64,000 nt of DNA from Felis catus (GCF_018350175.1 NC_058368.1:132868001-132932000), one strand, 5' to 3'; numbered from the stretch's first letter, positions 50,009 to 62,110 are shown. Made by a program: numbers and translations. The notes: generated by a model not told the origin, from the letters alone.

Positions 50009-51298
50009 AAGAAGCTCATGTTGTAGAGGGGGATAATGATGGGTGAATTTGAAAGAGAAGGCCTGGTATTTTGGGCCTACTTAGAGGAATCATTGTTGAA
50101 TGGGAAGTATGCATCCATATAACAGTTTGTAACTGGGGGAAGCAGGTTGTTGCAGGTGTGGGGGCATTTCTCAGTTTGAGGATTTTGATTGCTTTTCTTT
50201 ACTCACTGATCTCAAAGAAAAAATTGCCTCTAGAGGTTGAGGGAAGGACCTTTGAGGTAAGTGACTTATAGTGGGAGAAAAGACCAACTAGAAATAAATA
50301 GGATTCCTGGGCGGCACTGAAGATGGAGCAAAGATGAGGGGATACCATAAGTATGTAATGGTTCTAAACAACAAGGTGATGTCACTCTTCTCCGGTAGAC
50401 GTCAGCAGTCCAAAACAAAGAAGGTGATTGAAGTAACACATTATGGGTTTTGTTGAATAGGTATGACCTAAGGAAAAGGGGCAAGAAATGTGAGAGTGGT
50501 TAAAATAATATATCATGAAATCTAAGCTGGATAGAAAAGAAAGTAAAACCTAGAGTGATTTTACAGGGAGAATAAGAAATGAGAATAAAGAACTCAAAGT
50601 TTATGAACAATAATAGGGAAGTGAATGATTTGAAAGGACAAGTGTGTAGTGGTCAAGGAGGAGGAAGAGTTACAGAAGCCTAGGTCTTGAGTGTGACCAT
50701 GGTTAGGAATCACATTGGTGAAATGCAGGTGGATACTGGAATGAGGAAATTGAGGAACTATGAAATTGTAGTGTTGAAGTGGGGAGGGGGGTGGTCTTCA
50801 CACGTTATCATTCAGGATATTGGCAGGTTTTAAGTGGAGAGAAAGACTGTAGGCAACCACTAGAATCTTTCATGAATATGCCAGGGTGATCAGTCTTAGT
50901 GGCTAAAATACAGAGAAAGTGATAGTATCACCTGATACCCTGAATCTTAAAAGATGTGAGATTTATACTAAAGGGTAGAAAGTGTAAGTGACCAGAAGTT
51001 GGCAAGAATGAAAGGCATGGTGAAAGTTACTTAAGGTTCTGAAAAAGTTCTAGCGTAAGATTACTTTGGCATGATGTAAAAACAGTTAAGGGATTTCTGG
51101 CCTAGGCTGGTGATTTAAATTACTGCCTGGAAGTAGGTTGTTGCAGACTGCTTGGGTTGGCTTACCTTCCCAAGTCTACAACAGAAATCTATAGATATTC
51201 CTAGGAATTTGAATCACATTCCTCAAACAAACAAAAACTAACTTTCTGATTCATTAGCTGTTGAGCAATGCCACAAAGTAATTAAAGAAAAAATTCTC

Positions 51299-52692
51299 TG
51301 GCACAAAAACAGACACATAGACCAATGGAATAGAATAGAAACCCCAGAACTAGACCCACAAACGTATGGCCAACTCATCTTTGACAAAGCAGGAAAGAAC
51401 ATCCAATGGAAAAAAGACAGTCTCTTTAACAAATGGTGCTGGGAGAACTGGACAGCAACATGCAGAAGGTTGAAACTAGACCACTTTCTCACACCATTCA
51501 CAAAAATAAACTCAAAATGGGTAAAGGACCTAAATGTGAGACAGGAAACCATCAAAACCTTAGAGGAGAAAGCAGGAAAAGACCTCTCTGACCTCAGCCG
51601 TAGCAATCTCTTACTCGACACATCCCCAAAGGCAAGGGAATTAAAAGCAAAAGTGAAATCCTGGGACCTTATGAAGATAAAAAGCTTCTGCACAGCAAAG
51701 GAAACAACCAACAAAACTAAAAGGCAACCAACTGAATTGGAAAAGATATTTGCAAATGACATATCGGACAAAGGGCTAGTATCCAAAATCTATAAAGAGC
51801 TCACCAAACTCCACACCCGAGAAACAAATAACCCAGTGAAGAAATGGGCAGAAAACATGAATAGACACTTCTCTAAAGAAGACATCCGGACGGCCAACAG
51901 GCACATGAAAAGATATTCAACGTCGCTCCTTATCAGGGAAATACAAATCAAAACCACACTCAGATATCACCTCACGCCAGTCAGAGTGGCCAAAATGAAC
52001 AAATCAGGAGACTATAGATGCTGGAGAGGATGTGGAGAAACGGGAACCCTCTTGCACTGTTGGTGAGAATGCAAATTGGTGCAGCCGCTCTGGAAAGCAG
52101 TGTGGAGGTTCCTCAGAAAATTAAAAATAGACCTACCTTATGACCCAGCAATAGCACTGCTAGGAATTTACCCAAGGGATACAGGAGTACTGATGCATAG
52201 GGGCACTTGTACCCCAATGTTCATAGCAGCACTCTCAACAATAGCCAAATTATGGAAAGAGCCTAAATGTCCATCAACTGATGAATGGATAAAGAAATTG
52301 TGGTTTATATACACAATGGAATACTACGTGGCAATGAGAAAAAATGAAATATGGCCTTTTGTAGCAACGTGGATGGAACTGGAGAGCGTGATGCTAAGTG
52401 AAATAAGCCATACAGAGAAAGACAGATATCATATGGTTTCACTCTTATGTGGATCCTGAGAAACTTAACAGAAACCCATGGGAGAGGGGAAGGAAAAAAA
52501 AAAAAAAGAGGTTAGAGTGGGAGAGAGCCAAAGCATAAGAGACTCTTAAAAACTGAGAACAAACTGAGGGTTGATGGGGGGTGGGAGGGAGGGGAGGGTG
52601 GGTGATGGGTACTGAGGGGGGCACCTTTTGGGATGAGCACTGGGTGTTGTATGGAAACCGATTTGACAATAAATTTCATATATTAAAAAAAA
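51299..52692 (+). mobile_element. Young 5'-truncated feline-type LINE-1 (ORF2 C-terminus, 3'UTR, polyA)
   Basis: One frame 51299-52459 reads [14 protein letters not shown]...[25 protein letters not shown]..., i.e. L1 ORF2 with a single in-frame TGA at 52064. AATAAA at 52668, A-tail, TSD aaaaaattctc at 51288-51298 and 52693-52703. Confidence 0.95.
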
Positions 52693-53753
52693 AAAAAATT
52701 CTCGAACCAGGTAATGAAAACAAGGAAAAGCTGAAGACAAAAACTCGATTCCAATTGTTCATATTTGGTTTTGTGGTATTTAGTTTGGATATGAAATTAA
52801 AGTATGGTAAGAAGCCCAAAATAAGGACTAAAAATTAACAGTGTTTATGCTACTTTTGCATAAGTGTTCAAACTGACCACATATGGGTATTCCAGGAATT
52901 TCGTTTTTTTCTGTTCGCTAATTTTAGGTGCTTTTAATTCCTTTTGAGTAGGTATAGTCATTTTCTTTTAATTGGCAGAAAACAATTTGTGATTTGATCT
53001 TGTATTGCACAAACTTCTGTATGGTGATATATAATAGACAAATGGATTAATTTTTAAGCCTTAGATCTGTCTTAGTTGCCTAATTGAAAAACTGTAACAG
53101 CTGTTAAATCTTTACCTTTAATTGTATGTTGCATAGGAGGATATATAGTGTTGAGTTTATATTAGATTTTTAATTTTCCTTGCATTTTGATATAGAAAAT
53201 ATCTTGTAAGCACTTTACTTAAGTAAAGCTATATAAAATATCATGTTTAATGCAAGGATGTAATTACAAGGCTTCAGGATAATCTTTTTTAACTCAAAAT
53301 AACTCACTTTGTCTTCACCTTCCTTTCCCCCATACATAATGAACAATATTGGAATTGGGAAGATTATTCTGAATGCAAAAACTTGGATGAAATAATTTAT
53401 ATATTACCATGTGGTATATGTATTGCTGAAGTGAGCACTGTTACCATGCTGTTTTTTGTAGGAAACTGCACACAGTCACCTTTCTACCCTGTTGTAATTG
53501 TTAGATTCTTATCAGGAACCCTTCTGGTAACAAGACACATTACCTTTAAGGAAGAAAAGATACATGATGAATATTGTAAAGAAATACTAGAATCGCAGCC
53601 TACTTCTTAATGTCGCATTTAATGCTGGTGGCGTTGACCAGTCTTAACTTAATGAATGTCATTCCTAAAGAAAGTTATAAACAAGTAGTAGCTTTTCATA
53701 ATACTGTAAAATATAGTGGATTTTGTTTTTGTTTTTTGTTTGTTTTCCTCTAG

Positions 53754-53875
53754 TTATGTTCATATCAGATAATGAAAGTTTTAATCCTTCATTGTGGGAG
53801 GAACAGAGGAAACAGCGTGCTCAAGTGGCGTTTGATTGTGATGAAGACAAAGATGAAAGGGAAGCACCTCCCCGG
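53754..53875 (+). CDS. ERBIN: ERBIN coding exon 14
   Basis: cctctag|TT; (V)MFISDNESFNPSLWEEQRKQRAQVAFDCDEDKDEREAPPR; donor CGG|gtgagt; 122 nt. Confidence 0.96.
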
Positions 53876-54499
53876 GTGAGTCCTGAAGAGAAAAACCTGA
53901 TTGTTTTTCCCTCTTCCCTTTTTTTAATGATTTATTATTATTTACTTACATTCTAGAGGTAAAGAATTCTGTTTTGAACAATTTTTTCTTTATGAGATTG
54001 AAAGTGTGGCAGTGACAAGTAGTGAATAATACGTTTCCAAGTTACTCATGAATGTAATTATTTTTACCTTATGTAAACTAGCTGAATCCCAGAAAGTGAC
54101 ATTAGGCTGACTTTGGAAGTACTTGGTTCTTGGCATATAAGATGTATATAATTGTAGGAGGTTTATATATGTCTGGGTAAATACCAGAAAACAACTGTTT
54201 GAAAGCCTAGCGATGGTATTGGCAATATCCACACCATAAATCTTAAAATGGAATATATTTAAGTCTGCTAAAAAAAAGTTTCAAAACATTAGTTAAACCT
54301 GTAACTATAAATTCTTTTACTATTGATAAAACCATGCTTCTATTGTGTCTAAAATGCTTTCAATGGCCTATCCTCTGTTTTTAAAGCTACCCCAGGAGCC
54401 AGATAACCAATGTAATTAAGATGCATTGTAGATTAAATTTTGAGGTTGATGTTAAAATATTTATCCATATTTCAAATTTCATTTATTTTATTTCCCTAG

Positions 54500-54673
54500 G
54501 AGGGAAATTTAAAGAGATATCCAACACCATACCCAGATGAGCTTAAGAATATGGTCAAAACTGTTCAAACCATTGTACATAGATTAAAAGATGAAGAGAC
54601 TTATGAAGATTCTGGAAAAGATTTGAAACCACATGAAGATCAGCAAGTTGTAAATAATGATATGGGTGTGAAG
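54500..54673 (+). CDS. ERBIN: ERBIN coding exon 15
   Basis: ttccctag|[61 protein letters not shown]; donor AAG|gttaga; 174 nt. Confidence 0.95.
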
Positions 54674-54692
54674 GTTAGAAAACTCATTTTAA

Positions 54693-54888
54693 TTTTTTTT
54701 TTTTTAATTTGTTTTTAGAGATAGAACAGGAGCAGGGGAGAGGGGAAGAAGGAGGGAGAAAGAATCCTCAACAGGCTCCACGCTCAGTACAGAGCCTGAC
54801 ATGGGGCTCAGTCCCACGACCCCAGGATCATGACCTGACTTGAAACCAAGAGTCTGACCCTCGACCAACTGAGCCACCTAGGCACCCC
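54693..54888 (-). mobile_element. CAN-SINE next to the exon donor
   Basis: TSD agaaaactcattttaa at 54677-54692 and 54889-54904. Confidence 0.92.
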
Positions 54889-54916
54889 AGAAAACTCATT
54901 TTAAAGAAATTGACTA

Positions 54917-55152
54917 GGGGCACCTGGGTGGTTCATTCAGTCGAGCGGCTGACTCTTGATTTCAGCTCAGGGTCGTCATCTCAGATCATGGGATTGAACC
55001 CCATGTCGGGCTCTACACTGAAAACACAGAGCCTACTTGGGATTCTCTCTCTCCCTTTCTCTCTCTGCCTCTCCCCTGCTCTCATTCTCTCTCTCCCTCT
55101 CTCTTTTTCTCTTTCAAGATAAGTAAGTAAACTGAAAAAAAAATTAAAAATA
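54917..55152 (+). mobile_element. CAN-SINE
   Basis: Flanked by aaagaa(a)ttgacta. Confidence 0.9.
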
Positions 55153-55884
55153 AAAGAATTGACTAAAACTTATTTCAAGCACTTTAAAACTTTAATAATT
55201 TATATAATGATTCTTTTTGTATATGCTATAATGTCCTCCCAGATTTAGGCTGTTCCCGGCTATTTGAAGTGAGAGCTGGAATAATTAGCAAACTCTCTAA
55301 TTGCTATTCTTACCACTTCAGTATGGTTGTAGGCTTTCCAGATGGGCAGGATAGCATCAACATAACTTTTAAAAAATCTTGTCTGAATAAAAAATAAGAT
55401 AACGAATATCCTTAAATTTATTGTTATGGAAATACTGTTTTTCCCCTGAGAACATTGACCCACCCTACCCAATTCTAATTTTAAATGTAATTGCTATGAC
55501 AGACCATGGTACTTTCCTTGGGATGTTTCAGAAACCTAGACAAATCCTTAAAGTGTGTGTTCCTTTAATGGGCTTTTCTTTCCCACATTATATCACAGAA
55601 ACAAAAGTTTTACCACATCACTAGAGTTGCTATATATTCTACATTCAGCAGAAAACAATCCAACCATCTTGATTTTGACCTTGCTGAGCTAAATGACTCA
55701 CTCATGAACACCAGCTTTGCAGCCTTTGAGATGAAATGTAGCCTCAGCTAAATTGTAGAGTTTAATGTGGTTCATGAAACTTTGGGGACCCCCTGCTCCC
55801 CGAATGCATATTTATCTGTGAGTGCTGCAGATTTCCATCTTTAAAGTTTCCTTGATTTATTCAGAATAGGAAGATGTTAAAATA

Positions 55885-55984
55885 TTTATTTTTTTAATAA
55901 TCTCTATGCCCACTGTGTATCTCACACCCACAATCCCAAGATCAAGAGTCACACTCTCTTCCTACTTAGCCAGCCAGGAGCTCC
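55885..55984 (-). mobile_element. Short CAN-SINE variant
   Basis: taatctctatgccc...agatcaagagtcacactct...agccagccagg. Confidence 0.75.
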
Positions 55985-56071
55985 TACTTTTAAGTTCTAA
56001 TCTGAACTGTAGTAAAAAAATAGATACAAAGCTTTAAGGAATATGAATTCTTTATCTTTTCTTTTACTTAG

Positions 56072-56257
56072 ACTTCAGAAAGTACCACTCCAGTGAGAAT
56101 CAAAGCTGATGAAAGAGAAAAGTATATGATAGGAAACTCTCCACAGAAGACCAGTGAATCTGAAGCTGAGATTAGTCCTGGAAGTCTACCAGTGACTGCA
56201 AACACGAAAGCTTCTGAGAACTTGAAGCATATCGTTAATCATGATGATGTTTTTGAG
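56072..56257 (+). CDS. ERBIN: ERBIN coding exon 16
   Basis: ttacttag|ACT; TSESTTPVRIKADEREKYMIGNSPQKTSESEAEISPGSLPVTANTKASENLKHIVNHDDVFE; donor GAG|gtatgg; 186 nt. Confidence 0.95.
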
Positions 56258-56742
56258 GTATGGCTTTGTGATTATTCTCTGGAACAATTAGTTGTTAACA
56301 ACTGTAAGAATTTAGTATTTCATTGTTGCTAACTAAAGGTAGAAGAAAACTGATACTGAAAACAAAATATGCTAACTCATTTGCCATAAAGAAATCTCAT
56401 GATGTGTGCTATAGTATCTCTCATTTATCACTTTGAACTTAAAATTTTCTACCTGCATTGCACTCAGATGTTTACTATGTAAATTAGATCGTGGTGGTTC
56501 TATTCTAATTCTTTAAATACATAATAGCAGTTGCTTAACAATGAAACTTAACAATGAAAAGGTTACCATTGGTGTATTTAAATTATTTCACTCGTTAAGC
56601 ATTTATCATTGCTTAATTGTGAAGTATTTTTTTTCTTGAATGTCTGCGATTTTTAAAATTTCAGTATAGTTAGCATACAGTGTTATATTAGCTAAGGGTG
56701 TACAATATAAAAAAAAATTTTTTTTTTAAATAAAAGGGACCC

Positions 56743-57096
56743 GGGGCACCTGTGTGGCTTAGTCAGTTGAGCGTCCGACTCTTAATTTCGACTCAGGTTA
56801 TGATCTCACACTTCATGTGTTCAAGCCTCACATCGGGCTCTGCGCTGCAGCATAAAGTCTGCTTGGGATTCTCTCTCTCCCTCTCTCTTTCTAACCCTCC
56901 CCTGCTTGCACTCTCTCTCTCAAATGAATATTTTAAAAAGATAAAAGAGGGGCGCCTGGATGGCTCAGTCAGGCATCGGACTTCGGCTTAAATCATGATC
57001 TCACGATTCGTGGGTTCAAGCCCCACATCGGGCTCTGTGCCTGACAGCTTGGAGCCTGCTTTGGATTCTGTGTCTCCCTCTCTCTGTTCCTCCCCT

Positions 57097-57132
<36 letters not shown>

Positions 57133-57160
57133 AAAAATAAAGATTTAAAAAAAATTTTTT
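56743..57160 (+). mobile_element. Two tandem CAN-SINEs inside the L1 3' end (56743-56940; 56948-57160)
   Basis: Two heads and two CT tracts. Confidence 0.9.
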
Positions 57161-57986
57161 TAAGATGAAAGAGACTAATATAAAAAAAATAAAGTGTACA
57201 ATATGGTGATTCAAAACTTCCATACACTATCTGGTGCTCATTATAACAAGTGCTCTCCTTAATCCCCATCACGTATTTCACCCATCCCTCCTTTGACCTC
57301 CCTTCTGGTAACCATCAGTTTGTTCTCTGTAGTTGAGAGTCTGATTCTCAATTTGTTTCTTTTTTTTCCTTTGTTCTGTTTCTTAAATTCCATTTATGAG
57401 TGAAGTCATATGATATTTGTCTTTCTCTGACTTATTTCACTTAAAATTAATACTCTCTAGGTCCATCCGTGTTGTTGCAAATAGCAAGATCTCTTTCTTT
57501 TTTCTGTCTAATAGTCTGTTGTGTGTATATCTACTTCTTTATCCATTCATCTATCTACAGACACTTGGGCTACTTCCATATTTTGGCTATTATAAATAAT
57601 GCCAAAAAACATAGGGGTGTATATATCTTTTCAAATTAGTGTTCTCATAGTCTTTGGGTAAATACCCAGTAGTGAAATTACTGGATCATATAGTAATTCT
57701 ATTTTTAATTTTGGGAGGGAACTTCCATATTGTTCTCCACAGTGACTATCAGTTTGCACTCCCAACAGCAGTGCAAGAGGGTTCCTTTTTCTCCCCATCC
57801 TCACCAATACTTGTTGTTTCTTGCTTTTGATTTTAGCCATTCTGACAGGTGTGGTGATACTCCATTGTGGTTTTGATTTGCATTTCCCTGATGAAGAGTG
57901 ATATTGAGCATCTTTTCATGTGTCTGTTGGCCATCTGTATGACCTCTTTCAAGAAATGTCTTTTAATGTTGTCTGCCCATTTTTTT

Positions 57987-58207
57987 TAATGTTTTTTTTT
58001 TTTTTAATGTTTATTTATCTTTGGGAGAGAGAGAGACAGTACGAGTAGGGGATGAACAGAGAGAAAGGGAGACACAGAATCCTAAGCAGGTTCCAGGCTC
58101 TCAGTTGTCAGCACAGAGCCCGATGCAGGGCTTGAACTCATGAACCACAAGATCATAACCTGAGCCAAAGTCACACGCTTAACCGACTGAGCCAAGCAGG
58201 CGCCCCC
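57987..58207 (-). mobile_element. CAN-SINE inside L1
   Basis: TSD tctgcccatttttt. Confidence 0.92.
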
Positions 58208-58814
58208 TCTGCCCATTTTTTAATCGGATTATTTGGGGGTTTTTTGGTGTCGTGTACATTTTTATATATTTTGGATACTAACCTTTTATCAGATGTTCAT
58301 TTGCAAATATCTTCTTTCATTCAGTAGGTTGTCTTTTAGTTTTATTATTTGCTTTGCAGAAGCTTTTTATTTTGATGTAGTCCTAATGGTTTATTTTTGC
58401 TTTTGTTTCTCTTGCCTCCAGAGACATTATCTAGAAAAATGTTGCTATGGCCAATCTCAGAGAAATTACTTCCTTTGTTCTCTCCTAGGATTTCTCACAT
58501 TTAGGTCCTTAATCCATTTTGAGTTTATTTCTGTGTATGGTTTAAGGAAGTGATCCAGTGTCATTGTTTTGCATGTTGAAGTCTACTTTTCCCAACACCA
58601 TTTGTTCAAGAGACATTCTTTTTCCCATTGGATATTCTTTCTTGCTTTGTTGAGGATTAATTGACTATATGACTGGGTTTATTGCTGGGTTCTTTTCTCT
58701 TCCGTTGATCTATGTTTCTGTTTTTGTGCCAATATCATACTGTTTTGATTACTGCAGCTTTGTGGTATATCTTGAATTCTGGGATTATTCTACTTCCAGT
58801 TTTGTTCTTCTTTA

Positions 58815-58927
58815 TTTTATTTTGATTGCTTTGTTTTAAGTAGGTCCCATGTCCAGCATGGGGCTTGCATTCCCAACCCTGAGATCAGGAGTCACATGCT
58901 CTATCACCTGAGTCAGCCAGGTGCCCC
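58815..58927 (-). mobile_element. Short CAN-SINE variant inside L1
   Basis: Flanked by ttcttcttt. Confidence 0.8.
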
Positions 58928-59419
58928 CATTCTTCTTTTTCAAGATTGCTTTGGCTACTTTGGGGTCTTTGAGGGTTCCATACAAATTTTAGGATTATTT
59001 GTTCTAGTTCTTTATAAACTGCTATTAGTATTTTGATATTGATTACATTAAATCTATAGACTGCTTTGGGTACCGTGGACATTTTAACAATATTTGTCCT
59101 TCCAATCCATGAGCATGGAATATCTTTCCATTTGTTTGTGTCATCTTCAATTTCTTTCATCAGTGTTTTGCAGTTTTTAGAGTTAACCTCCTTGGTTAAG
59201 TTTATTCTTAGGTATTTTATTATTTTTGGAGCAATTGTAAGTGGGATTATTTTCTTAATTTCTCTTTCTACTTCATTTTTAGTGTATAGAAATGCAATGG
59301 ATTTCTGTATATTGATTTTATATCCTGTGGCTTTCTGAATTCATTTATCAGTTCTAGTAATTTTTTGGTGGCGTTTGAGACTTTAAAGAGTCTTCTGGTG
59401 GATCAATAAAAGCTGTGAC

Positions 59420-60060
59420 TTTTTTTTTTAACAGCTTGATTGAGGTATAACTCACATACTATATAATTCACCCATTTAAATACAGGGTACTATTCAGTGA
59501 CTATTGGTATACTAGAAGTTGTCCATCCTTCACTACATTACTTGTAGAACATTTGTTACCCCAGAAAGAAATCCAATACTTCTTAGCCATTTCCCCACAA
59601 CTTCTCTGTACCCCTGAGTCCTAGACATCTTATCTACTTTATCTGCCTCTGTAGATTTGACTGTTGTTGGCATTTTATATTAATGATGTAATCATATGAT
59701 AGCTGGTCTTTTGTAACTTTTCTTTAACTTAGTATTTTAGATTATCCATATTATAACATGTATCAATACTGTTTTATTGTATTGGTTCATTTTTTTATGT
59801 ATCAGTTCACTTTTATGTCAGTAATACTCCATTGTAATTGTTACCAATGGATATTTTGGTTATTTCCACATTTTGGCAATAGTGCATAAAGCTATTGTGA
59901 ATATTTGTGTACAAATTTTTGTGTCGGTATATATTTTCTTTTTTGTTAGATATATGCCTAAGAGTAGAATTGTTGAATCGTATGGTTACTCTGTGTTTAC
60001 CCGTGTGAGAAACTGCCAGTTTTTCATAAGCGGCCACACCTTTTGTTTGTTTGCATTCCC
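59420..60060 (-). mobile_element. Old L1 (L1MB/MC-like) 3' end
   Basis: aacagcttgattgaggtataactcacatac...aattcacccatttaaa; decayed L1 3'UTR. Confidence 0.7.
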
Positions 60061-60184
60061 CTCATATGCTGGTGGAAGTCATGTAAAACAGTAAAGCTCT
60101 AACTTTACAAAATAAAATTCTGGAGGGTTTTTGATTTATAGCTACACTGTCCACTATGTATCCACTAGTTATAAGTGGCTATTT

Positions 60185-60408
60185 ATTTTTATTTTTTTTT
60201 AAAACGTTTTTATTTTATTTTTGAGACAGAGAGAGACAGAGCATGAATGGGGGAGGGTCACAGAGAGAGGGAGACACAGAATCTGAGACAGGCTCCAGGC
60301 TCTGAGCTGTCAGCACAGAGCCCGACGCGAGGCTCGAACTCACGGACTGTGAGATCATGACCTGAGCCGAAGTCGGACCCTCAACCGACCAAACCACCCA
60401 GGCGCCCC
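60185..60408 (-). mobile_element. CAN-SINE
   Basis: TSD tataag(t/a)ggctattt. Confidence 0.95.
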
Positions 60409-60423
60409 TATAAGAGGCTATTT

Positions 60424-60652
60424 TTTTTTTTTTTAATTTTTTTTCAACGTTTTTTATTTATTTTTGGGACAGAGAGAGACAGAGCATGAACGGGGGAGGG
60501 GCAGAGAGAGAGAGGGAGACACAGAGTCGGAAACAGGCTCCAGGCTCCGAGCCATTAGCCCAGAGCCTGACACGGGGCTCGAACTCACGGACCGCGAGAT
60601 CGTGACCTGGCTGAAGCCGGACACTCAACCGACTGCGCCACCCAGGCGCCCC
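60424..60652 (-). mobile_element. Young CAN-SINE
   Basis: TSD tataag(a/t)ggctattt. Confidence 0.95.
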
Positions 60653-61064
60653 TATAAGTGGCTATTTAAATTTAAGTAAATAAAGAACTTTGCTTCTTAG
60701 TTTTACTAGCCTACATTTTAAGTGGTCAATAGCCACATGTCTAGCTAGTTAGTGTTTACCAAGTTGAACTGCACAGATAGAGCATTTCTGTCATTATAGA
60801 AAGTTCTGTTGGAGAATAGTATACAAATAGTGATACTGTGGATTTATAATAGCCTCTTTATTACTGAAAATTTAAATGCATTCAAAGCACATCTGTCTTC
60901 AGGGTTATCCTTTGAGCTAGTATTTACTACAAGAAAGAAACTTCGTGGTTTGTAAATGTATTTTGAATGGATCACATCTTTCAGTACACTTATTATATAC
61001 ATTGAACCTAATATAACAAAGTCTGTGAAAAGGTTATAAGGTTTGTCCCAGTGTACTTAATACT

Positions 61065-62110
61065 TCATTTAGTATAATTCTGTGTGTGAGGCATTGTGTT
61101 TGGAGCTTTGGTGGCAGAATGGATAAATGGGTATAGAGAATATAATTAGGGTTAGACAATGCTGAGTGTATAAGAAAAATACTAAGTAATAAAAATATTA
61201 AGTGCTACATAAATTTAGAAAAGAGATACTTTCTGGCTAGGAACAACCAAGAATGCTTTAGGGTGAAGGAAGCATTTGACCTATACCTTGGAATAGTTCA
61301 TCTAACAGAAATAGGAGAACTGAATAAAGTATGAAAGGAATAATGGTAGCATAAGAGTGGTGTTTGAGAAATATAGAAAAGAACATGTTTCATCTAGCTG
61401 AGCATATCAGGGTGGTGGAATGAAACAAAATTAGTACAGTAGATTGGGTCCTGATGATGAGGCTCTTGAAAGCCATGCTATGAATTGTTGTATAGTCTTT
61501 GAGGAGTCATGAAGGCCTTTTAGCAGAGCATTACTTGTGATAGAGCTATGTATTAGGGTTATCTGGCAACAGCTACTGAATTCTCCCAAGTTTGAGGGCT
61601 TTTTGAATAATAATAGTAGACAATGTGGACTGGAACTTAGTTGTCCAAATGTAAGAGATTTAGTATGGAAGTATTCCTGACTGTAAGGAATGGGGGAGAG
61701 GGGACAGTCACATAACCATGTTTGAATGGATGATGGTGTCATCAACTGAAGTGGGGTGTTAAAAGAATAAACAGGCTTAGAAGGTCTAGTTTGTTTTTGG
61801 ATATGTGGAATTTGAACACTTAACAGGTATCTTTAGCTTAGAAGAGAAACGAAAACGGGATTATAAATCAAATTATCTACATTACACATAATCATTGAAG
61901 AAAATGTAATATCCAAGGGGAAAGAGTAAGAAAGGCAAAAATAAATGCTAACTGCAGGAGGATTCATTGATTTGAGCACAAAAGACAGAAAGGTAGGAGG
62001 ACATCTAGGAGGCTACAGCTCCCAGACACCCGTGTAGTATAATTCATGAAGAAGGAAGTCTGCTCAGCAGTTGAAAGTACTGCCCATGTCAAAGATTAGG
62101 ACAGACCATT
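61065..62110 (-). mobile_element. L2 relic
   Basis: Purine-rich decayed L2 motifs (ggaagcatttga, cttgaaagccatg, gatggtgtcatcaactgaa). Confidence 0.5.

Larger units (their letters stand above)
56650..59375 (-). mobile_element. Carnivore L1 (3'UTR and decayed ORF2), interrupted by four SINEs
   Basis: Minus-strand peptides MKEIEDDTNKWKDIPCSWIGRTNIVKMS and KLKIELLYDPVISLLGIYPK are L1 ORF2; many frameshifts. Confidence 0.9.
60142..60820 (-). mobile_element. MER3 hAT MITE split by two SINEs
   Basis: ctgtcc...ccactag...gtggctattt [2 SINEs] aaatttaa...caatagccacatgt...tagaaagttctgttgga is the reverse complement of MER3. Confidence 0.75.

Noticed and set aside
51238..51786. 182-aa minus-strand ORF
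   Set aside because: Antisense frame of L1 ORF2.
51470..52459. 198-aa and 127-aa ORFs as independent genes or an active L1
   Set aside because: One L1 ORF2 fragment split by a nonsense codon; it lacks the promoter, ORF1, endonuclease and RT domains.
54497..54502. NAGNAG tandem acceptor (tag|gag)
   Set aside because: GAG is rarely used as an acceptor, and the sequence alone gives no support.
60170..60667. CRISPR-like repeat-spacer-repeat pattern
   Set aside because: Eukaryotic DNA; the repeats are TSDs and the spacers are homologous SINEs.
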